This document shows positions 57,985 through 64,000 of a stretch of DNA of 64,000 nt, piece by piece. Position 1 is the stretch's first letter, and the number at the start of each line of letters is the position of its first letter. Position numbers and translations under genes: made by a program. A model generated the notes under the pieces. That model saw nothing but the letters and a program-made list of their open reading frames with translations, was not told where the DNA came from and did no database searches. This stretch comes from a virus (taxonomy: Duplodnaviria > Caudoviricetes): the IMG/VR virus record IMGVR_UViG_3300027708_000016, one strand, 5' to 3'.

Positions 57985-58104
57985 TTATTTCTTTTTTTTC
58001 TTTCCTTTATTCTTTGGCTTCTTATGATTTTTCTTCATATTAATTGCAATAGCTGCTTGCTGTGCCATATTTGCTGCTTCTAAAAAATATTGTTTAAAGT
58101 TCAT
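57985..58104 (-). CDS. Small basic protein (39 aa), absent from the ORF track
   Basis: Manual translation MNFKQYFLEAANMAQQAAIAINMKKNHKKPKNKGKKKKK*; abuts both neighbours. Confidence 0.65.
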   Translation of the reverse strand: MNFKQYFLEAANMAQQAAIAINMKKNHKKPKNKGKKKKK

Positions 58105-58553
58105 AATTCGGTTATGTTATAATCTTCTTCCTTTGCGTTATTGGAAAGGATTTCCTCTTTTACATCTTCATGTTTGGTTTCTTTTACTGACTGAGCTTCT
58201 CCAGAGACACTTGCACTAGAAGAACTATTATATCTAAGGTCAACAAGTCCTTGAGCACCAAGATACACAGATATAACAAGCGCAATCTGCTCCATAATCT
58301 TTGTAAAAATTGTTGCATATGTTGTAATAACAATGTCATGATCTTTTGGGATAAAAAATAATATACCAACTGCTATAAAGAACATCGAAACTATAACAAG
58401 CAACGATGTCATGATTATAAAAAACTTTTTGGAAGCCAAATGATTGGTATCTTCCATTTGTTTTTCTAAATAAGCAGGTGTATTGGGTGGTGCTTTTCCG
58501 TTTGTAAGAAAAGCACTAACAGTTTGACCTATATTGACAAGATTTTGCCACAT
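58101..58553 (-). CDS. Holin-like membrane protein (two hydrophobic segments)
   Basis: SKKFFIIMTSLLVIVSMFFIAVGILFF and IALVISVYLGAQG; adjacent to the endolysin. ATG at 58553 with TAAGTA 5 nt upstream. Confidence 0.55.
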   Translation of the reverse strand: MWQNLVNIGQTVSAFLTNGKAPPNTPAYLEKQMEDTNHLASKKFFIIMTSLLVIVSMFFIAVGILFFIPKDHDIVITTYATIFTKIMEQIALVISVYLGAQGLVDLRYNSSSSASVSGEAQSVKETKHEDVKEEILSNNAKEEDYNITEL

Positions 58554-58573
58554 ATAGGTACTTATGCTTAAAA

Positions 58574-58741
58574 CTAAAATATAGTACCAAGAATAAAACC
58601 AACCACAAAGCCAACAAGGAAAATTGCCTTTAGGGGATTTGTTTTTGCCCAAAGATATAAATCACCAATAATAAAAATTGTTTTTTGTTTTACTATAACT
58701 GCGTCTTGTTTTATTGTTTCTTCTATTTTTTGCGTGTCCAT
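58574..58741 (-). CDS. Small C-tail-anchored membrane protein
   Basis: MDTQKIEETIK...NPLKAIFLVGFVVGFILGTIF, similar to an ElaB/DUF883-type C-terminus. Confidence 0.55.
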   Translation of the reverse strand: MDTQKIEETIKQDAVIVKQKTIFIIGDLYLWAKTNPLKAIFLVGFVVGFILGTIF

Positions 58742-58742
58742 A

Positions 58743-59324
58743 TTATAAAAAGAATAATCCGTTGGATTTAGCATAGAAATATACACCGATTAATACCAAT
58801 AATCCAATTATGATAATGTTTCTCCATAAAAGCTGAAGATCCTTCTTGATAAGAAGCTTTTCGTCAGCGTTTAACTTATCAAGTATTTTACTTTGATTTG
58901 TTTTTTGTAATGCAAGTTCTTCATCAACAATTTTTTTATCTTTTATAAGATTTGCATTATCTTTTGTAAGTTGATTTTTGGTATCTCTATCTTTTAAAAG
59001 AGTTGAGTAATCTTCAGACCCCACCACTATTACCTTAGAATTTTTAAATTGATCTGGTACTAAAACAACTTGTGTTTTTTCTGCGTTTTTTGAATTTTTA
59101 ACAACTTCACCTGCTTGATAAACAGATTGCACTTGTATCCTATGCTTTGGGATTTTTACCAATCTTGTTGTTTGGTCTGAGTAATAGTAAGCAAGATCAA
59201 TTCTACCCTTGTTTACTGAATCATTGGTAGCATAAACATTACGACTTAATGCTTCTGATTGTTTTTCTGTATAAACGGTGCAAGATACAAGAAATATTGT
59301 CAAAAAAGTTAAAATTTTCTTCAT
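58743..59324 (-). CDS. Lipoprotein with C-terminal TM helix, unimolecular spanin candidate
   Basis: MKKILTFLTIFLVS-C15 lipobox; coiled coil; C-terminal LLWRNIIIIGLLVLIGVYFYA. Confidence 0.65.
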   Translation of the reverse strand: MKKILTFLTIFLVSCTVYTEKQSEALSRNVYATNDSVNKGRIDLAYYYSDQTTRLVKIPKHRIQVQSVYQAGEVVKNSKNAEKTQVVLVPDQFKNSKVIVVGSEDYSTLLKDRDTKNQLTKDNANLIKDKKIVDEELALQKTNQSKILDKLNADEKLLIKKDLQLLWRNIIIIGLLVLIGVYFYAKSNGLFFL

Positions 59325-59332
59325 ACGGATAT

Positions 59333-59587
59333 TTAATGAACAAGTTTAGTTGTCAAGTCTGAACTACTAGAAGTAGAAAGAGAATCAGAATTACACATGG
59401 GTTTATAACCACCGTTCCAAGGACTAGGAAAGGGTATTTCATGTTTAGAAACACAATCATCAATCCCGTGACCCCAATTGTTATAATGACCTAATCCCTT
59501 GAGTTTATTTTGTTCTTCTAATGCATTTGCTATTCTATTAAGAGCAAATACTATATCTTTTAAAGATCCGTCTATATTTGTAATCAT
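59333..59587 (-). CDS. Hypothetical protein
   Basis: 84 aa ORF co-oriented with its neighbours. Confidence 0.55.
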   Translation of the reverse strand: MITNIDGSLKDIVFALNRIANALEEQNKLKGLGHYNNWGHGIDDCVSKHEIPFPSPWNGGYKPMCNSDSLSTSSSSDLTTKLVH

Positions 59588-59618
59588 ATTTTTATATTAA
59601 ACAATTAACATAAAAAAA

Positions 59619-60389
59619 TTAATTGTCAAACCATTTTTTAATGTTTTTACCTATACATGTTGGTATTTTAAAAAATAAACTTTCTTCGTTAAGTGCATGA
59701 GCTTCTTTTGCGTTGGCAATTGTGATGAAATCAGATAACAGCTTAATATTTCTTTCAAATCCTGCACCCTTTGATTTGTGATAAGCACTTTTACTAAAAT
59801 GTCCATCATTTAAAACAATGGAATCTGGACTTTCTTCCATCCACATCTCAGTTAACATTTTATCATCTGATAAAATATAGGCAGTTTTTACTTTTTTTCT
59901 AAGATTTTTCCAATTTAAAGCATCAAAACCTCTATCTGTTCCTCTTAGATGAACCAAAGGCATTTTTGTTAAAGTTTTTGTTTTATTTTTAATTAATTGT
60001 TTAACTTCATCGGTTAATCTTAATTTATCTGAAATTAAATCGTAATCATATCTCCTATAACCTATACCAGAATAAACAACACATTCTTCATCTCTGTTTT
60101 CTATATTTTCCCATTCTTTTATATTATAAAGCCATTCACCACCCTTTGGATAATTTATTTCAGACCAAATAATAGGATGAACATTTTTCTTTTTTGGTTC
60201 TTTTTCAATTGTTTGGATATTTTTAATTTTAAAATATCTAAAAAAAGAATCATTCCAAATAGAATCTTTCCAATCCACATGCAAAATTCTTTTTTCATTT
60301 TCCGCTAACCACATACAATAAGTTAATCCCTGAAGCCTGTCACCAAATCCTTCCCAACCTTTCATAATAATGTATTTTGCTTTTGGCAT
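59619..60389 (-). CDS. NodZ/fucosyltransferase-like (GT-B) glycosyltransferase
   Basis: GWEGFGDRL; VHLRGTDR; YILSDD; LLSDFITIANA. These resemble the HxRxxD, xxSDD and D-F/L motifs of the GT11/23 families. Confidence 0.65.
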   Translation of the reverse strand: MPKAKYIIMKGWEGFGDRLQGLTYCMWLAENEKRILHVDWKDSIWNDSFFRYFKIKNIQTIEKEPKKKNVHPIIWSEINYPKGGEWLYNIKEWENIENRDEECVVYSGIGYRRYDYDLISDKLRLTDEVKQLIKNKTKTLTKMPLVHLRGTDRGFDALNWKNLRKKVKTAYILSDDKMLTEMWMEESPDSIVLNDGHFSKSAYHKSKGAGFERNIKLLSDFITIANAKEAHALNEESLFFKIPTCIGKNIKKWFDN

Positions 60390-60402
60390 AAAAATTTCCA
60401 AG

Positions 60403-60448
60403 AAGTATTATAAGATATTTAAGTATTATAAGATATTTAAGTATTATA
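60403..60448. repeat. 18-bp tandem repeat AAGTATTATAAGATATTT, about 2.5 copies, intergenic
   Basis: Copies at 60403-60420 and 60421-60438, with a partial copy at 60439-60448. Confidence 0.85.
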
Positions 60449-60494
60449 TTTAAGTTAAAAGCACTATAAGGGTTAAAAAGGATGACATCCTATT

Positions 60495-61004
60495 TTACTC
60501 CTGTGAGATATATTTGTCAATAGGTAGTTTTAACTTTTTTTTATGTTTGGTTAAAAATTCTTCATCTTCACCAGATGGAATAATACAAGGATAACCATCA
60601 AAAATACCTTTAATACACTGAAATAAAGGCTTTTCACTCTGTATTTCAACAAAATTTGGTAATTTTGACTTTAAAACTTTTTTTGCAACCTTAATAAACC
60701 TATTTGGGTCATCAAAATACTCATTCCACACGTTTAAATTGATTTTTTCTCTATAAAAGCATAAAATTTTGCAATTTGACTTGTTCAATTTATCATTAAT
60801 GATAATTAACGCATCTGTAATCCACAATTGTATATATTCCTTTATCCTTATATTCTTTTCAGATATTTTACCATTCTTTAATAATTGCCACTCGTAGCAA
60901 TAATCAACATAATCTGCTGCAAGTTCTTCGATGTAATCAAATACGTCAAATATAAGGATATTATCCTTTAAATGGTAAAAAAAATAATCTTTAGAGTACC
61001 TCAT
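60495..61004 (-). CDS. Hypothetical protein
   Basis: 169 aa ORF overlapping the upstream gene. Confidence 0.6.
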   Translation of the reverse strand: MRYSKDYFFYHLKDNILIFDVFDYIEELAADYVDYCYEWQLLKNGKISEKNIRIKEYIQLWITDALIIINDKLNKSNCKILCFYREKINLNVWNEYFDDPNRFIKVAKKVLKSKLPNFVEIQSEKPLFQCIKGIFDGYPCIIPSGEDEEFLTKHKKKLKLPIDKYISQE

Positions 61005-61536
61005 CCTTATTAGATATTATAACATCTAATAGGATTTGTTCAACTATTTCTTGTGGTAAACCAGTGTTTGCATGTTTAACACTTTCGTTAATTTGTGAGA
61101 ACTGGTGTTTTAATCTATCTTTCAACTCAAATGCAAAAATGGTTTGCTCCTTGGTAAGCTTTTCGTAGGTTGGTGTTTGCTGAAGCCTAAGTGCCTCTAG
61201 TAATGGTTCACCAGCATTTGCAACAATACCAGCAAGTCTTTTGTAAAAACGATTAAGAGGAGAGTTTGCAGCGAAATTAGCTACCTTTGAGATATTTTCA
61301 TACAAATAACTTAAAACTAAAGATTTCTCCACTTGTTCTTTAACCGATGCAAGAAATTCAGGACCTCTCACATGAACTTTACCATAAGGATTGAATGGAC
61401 ATCCTGTACCAACTACCTTTGAACCACAAAAAATACATTTATTTGGTGCACCAAAATGAACATGTGTCTTTGTTGGACTGTAAAGACAAGGTCTTCCGTA
61501 ATATTTTGAGTTACAATATATGCAATGAGAGTCCAT
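60991..61536 (-). CDS. Protein with two N-terminal C3H zinc-finger-like repeats
   Basis: CIYCNSKYYGRPCLYSPTKTHVH and CIFCGSKVVGTGCPFNPYGKVHV. Confidence 0.6.
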   Translation of the reverse strand: MDSHCIYCNSKYYGRPCLYSPTKTHVHFGAPNKCIFCGSKVVGTGCPFNPYGKVHVRGPEFLASVKEQVEKSLVLSYLYENISKVANFAANSPLNRFYKRLAGIVANAGEPLLEALRLQQTPTYEKLTKEQTIFAFELKDRLKHQFSQINESVKHANTGLPQEIVEQILLDVIISNKDEVL

Positions 61537-61546
61537 GTTCTATTAT

Positions 61547-61978
61547 TTAGTCTAAAATACCAAATTTTTCTAGTTCTTGTTTGGGTGCTTTACCTATTCT
61601 TAGGTTTAAAATGCCATTATAATAGTCTTTTCTGAATAAAACATCTTTTTCCATTTGTTCTTTTGCTTCAAAATAAGCCAAAGCCCATTTGGAATCGCAA
61701 GTTTTTAATATTTTAAATATAAATTTATCCTTACCATGAATTTTAATATCTTGCATTAAATCATTTGAAGAACTTGTATATGTTTTCCAATCGGATTCTT
61801 TCGAGTCAATCCTGTTTCTGGTTTTTCCTTTTAGAGGTTTTCTTTTAACCCTAGATTTACATTGTTTTTTACCAATATACTTCTTATTACTAACAGTATT
61901 TGTAATTTCATATATAAACCCAAAAGTATCTTCTGTTATTTCAACAGATTCATTTAAAATCCAGTGACCAGTATCCAT
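61547..61978 (-). CDS. Stand-alone GIY-YIG endonuclease
   Basis: FGFIYEITN...KKYIGKKQ; DWKTYTSS; catalytic-type E in YFEAKEQ; YYNG. Confidence 0.85.
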   Translation of the reverse strand: MDTGHWILNESVEITEDTFGFIYEITNTVSNKKYIGKKQCKSRVKRKPLKGKTRNRIDSKESDWKTYTSSSNDLMQDIKIHGKDKFIFKILKTCDSKWALAYFEAKEQMEKDVLFRKDYYNGILNLRIGKAPKQELEKFGILD

Positions 61979-62220
61979 TATTTCTTTTTACGTTTAACAC
62001 GCTTGCGTGTTTTTTTACTCTTGGAATTCATCAACGGGGGGAAATTTCTTCTAATAACTCCACCAACAGGTGCTGGTAAACGCACATCATTACCAGCATT
62101 CCAAACATTAACTCCACTAAATTGACTTGAAGTGCCAGAAGAAGCTCCTAATGTTCCACCTGCCGTACTGTTAGAATTTTCTGATATTAATTTATTAAAT
62201 AATTGTTGAAAACGTTTCAT
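61978..62220 (-). CDS. Small hypothetical protein, possible internal head protein
   Basis: MKRFQQLFNKLISE leader, Gly/Ser linker and basic tail. Confidence 0.55.
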   Translation of the reverse strand: MKRFQQLFNKLISENSNSTAGGTLGASSGTSSQFSGVNVWNAGNDVRLPAPVGGVIRRNFPPLMNSKSKKTRKRVKRKKK

Positions 62221-62233
62221 AATGTGTTATAGT
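62206..62233 (+). promoter_or_regulatory. Sigma70-like promoter TTGAAA-N16-TATAGT (uvsY-uvsW)
   Basis: The -10 box ends 12 nt before the ATG at 62246. Confidence 0.55.
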
Positions 62234-62245
62234 GTTAATATACTT

Positions 62246-62644
62246 ATGGAGATATTTGATAAATTTCAGGAAGAAATTAAAGAAGATGTTAAAATCGATC
62301 AATTAAATTTGTTAGATAAGCAAATGATGCTTCCTGCAATTAAACATAAATGGGTTGCAAGACTCATGATGCAAAAAAAAACAAAAAATTCTTTAGATAA
62401 AAAGAAAAAAGAATTAAAAGAAGAAGTACTTAAAACATTAACCGAAAAAGGCATCCCAACAGGTATACCTAAAGTAGCACTCGATGCAAAAGTAGAATCT
62501 TCTGATGTTATTCAAAAAATAAATCAAGAAATTCAAGACGCACAAATTTTAATAGAATATTTAGAAAAAGTTGAAGGTGTATTTCGTAGCATGACTTTTG
62601 ATATTAAAAATATCACAGAAATTACCAAGTTAGAAACCACATGA
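62246..62644 (+). CDS. uvsY: Recombination mediator UvsY-like
   Basis: Helical protein (IKHKW...IEYLEKVEGVFRSMTFDIKN) directly upstream of uvsW. The ATG at 62246 is preferred. Confidence 0.8.
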   Translation: MEIFDKFQEEIKEDVKIDQLNLLDKQMMLPAIKHKWVARLMMQKKTKNSLDKKKKELKEEVLKTLTEKGIPTGIPKVALDAKVESSDVIQKINQEIQDAQILIEYLEKVEGVFRSMTFDIKNITEITKLETT

Positions 62645-64000
62645 TTGAATTAACCTTAACCCCTAGCGGTAAACAAGCTCAGATTAACACTGATGCGTCT
62701 ACGCTTGCGCTGATAAGGGATAAGTTTTCTATTGCAAATCCCGCACACCGAAGGAACGCACGGTTTGTACCAGCAAGACTATACTGTATTACCCCATCTG
62801 GTAAATTCGAAATAGGAATGTTAAAAGACATATGTTCTTATTTGGAAAGTTGCCAAAAATCCTTTAATATAACTGATATTCTTAAAAAGAAATTTTCTGT
62901 TGGGTTTCAAAATCCAATTATTAAAAAATATTGCATGGTTTACAGGGATCACCAAGATAAATCAATCAACATGGCAATTAAAAAAGGAAGAGGTATCATT
63001 TGTATTCCTACTGCTGGTGGAAAAACTCTTATTATGGCTGGTATAATAGAAAGCATGAGACTTTCTATGTATAAGCCAAATGCAAAAGCTCTTGTTTTGG
63101 TTCCAAATATTCAACTAGTTGAGCAGACTGCAAAGGATTTTGAAGAATATGGCATGGAAAAAGTTACCAAATGGTCAGGTGATAACATCCCAGATCAAAA
63201 TGCAACAACTATTGTTACTGGTACTCAAATACTTTTAAGTAACAAAAGTGATTTATCACTTTTAAATGATATTGATTTACTTTTAGTTGATGAAACTCAT
63301 GGGTTAAGAAAGGGAAACGAGATTAATAAGGTTCTGCAACTTATAAACACTGATTATAAATTTGGGTTTACTGGAACAATGCCCACATCACTTATCGATC
63401 AATGGAATATTATTGGAAAGATAGGACCCATCATCTACGAGGAAAAAACTCAAGACTTACAAGACAAAAATTATGTTTCAGATTTTAAGATATTTATATT
63501 AAATATCATTCATAAAAATATTCCAAGATTTAATCATAATCCAGCTAGACCAAGTGAAGCTTTTGAAAAAGAACTTGAATTTTTGACAAATAACTCAAGA
63601 AGAAACGAAATTATCACAAATCTTGCGTTAAAAGTCAAAAATAATACAATTATAATGGCTGACAGGATTCAACATGGAGAAACTCTTGAGCAATTATTAA
63701 AAAACAAAAGTGAAGAATTTAACAAGATTGTTTATTTCATAAGGGGATCAACCGAAATGGAAGACAGGGAAGCAATAAGAAAACTTATGGACGGTAGAGA
63801 TGACGTAGTTGTTGTTGCAATATCGAAAATCTTCAGTACAGGTATAAATATACCCAATCTTCATAATATTATTTTTGCATCTGCTGGTAAGGCAAAAATA
63901 AAGATCATGCAATCCATTGGTCGTGCGTTAAGATTACATCCAACAAAATCAATGGCTAATATTTTTGATATTTCTGATAATACAAAGTATGGCAAAAGAC
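62641..64000 (+). CDS. uvsW: UvsW-like SF2 helicase, truncated by the window end and absent from the ORF track
   Basis: ATGA overlap with the uvsY stop; manual translation gives PTAGGKTL (motif I), VDETHG (DExH), FGFTGT, FSTGINIPNLHNIIFA and QSIGRALR. Confidence 0.93.
   Translation, partial: MIELTLTPSGKQAQINTDASTLALIRDKFSIANPAHRRNARFVPARLYCITPSGKFEIGMLKDICSYLESCQKSFNITDILKKKFSVGFQNPIIKKYCMVYRDHQDKSINMAIKKGRGIICIPTAGGKTLIMAGIIESMRLSMYKPNAKALVLVPNIQLVEQTAKDFEEYGMEKVTKWSGDNIPDQNATTIVTGTQILLSNKSDLSLLNDIDLLLVDETHGLRKGNEINKVLQLINTDYKFGFTGTMPTSLIDQWNIIGKIGPIIYEEKTQDLQDKNYVSDFKIFILNIIHKNIPRFNHNPARPSEAFEKELEFLTNNSRRNEIITNLALKVKNNTIIMADRIQHGETLEQLLKNKSEEFNKIVYFIRGSTEMEDREAIRKLMDGRDDVVVVAISKIFSTGINIPNLHNIIFASAGKAKIKIMQSIGRALRLHPTKSMANIFDISDNTKYGKR

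Noticed and set aside
59602-59629. TTGACA-N16-TAATTG as another sigma70-like promoter
   Set aside because: The -10 box lacks the conserved final T, so it was not counted with the others.
152-60500. Short alternative-frame or antisense ORFs in the track (e.g. 152-457, 645-896, 1067-1306, 21353-21613, 30661-30912, 33846-34064, 51524-51943, 55421-55861)
   Set aside because: They are shadows of well-supported genes on the other strand or frame and have no recognisable motifs.
61547-61978. GIY-YIG gene as a homing endonuclease or mobile element
   Set aside because: It is only 143 aa with no C-terminal DNA-binding extension, is not inside an intron, and resembles the short nuclease conserved in T4-like phages.
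1-64000. Stop-codon recoding (alternative genetic code)
   Set aside because: Conserved core genes translate at full length in code 11 and coding density is already high.

Overview
The window is a 64 kb AT-rich, gene-dense segment of a large T4-like myovirus genome in genetic code 11. No tRNA, rRNA, CRISPR array or integrase was seen. T4 core homologues: gp6, gp25, gp44, probable gp16, gp23, gp22, gp21, gp4, gp13, gp20, gp15, GroES/gp31, probable gp62, gp61, UvsY and UvsW (truncated by the window end). Interleaved with these are (i) many large Ser/Thr/Asn-rich fibre or adhesin proteins built from shared modules (beta-roll, 14-residue coiled-coil repeats, RCC1 propellers, LamG, NHL propellers), (ii) five sulfotransferases, six glycosyltransferase-like genes and one radical SAM enzyme, and (iii) a lysis cassette with a pesticin-type endolysin, a holin-like protein and a unimolecular-spanin-like lipoprotein. 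Reading the intergenic DNA shows two promoter classes: TTGACA-like/N16/TAnnnT and late TAA(A/G)TA. Both usually end 5-8 nt before the start codon with no Shine-Dalgarno, which suggests largely leaderless mRNAs. The main candidate novel system is a phage-encoded glycosylation/sulfation pathway co-located with virion fibre genes. All functional calls come from motif recognition by eye; no database searches were run.
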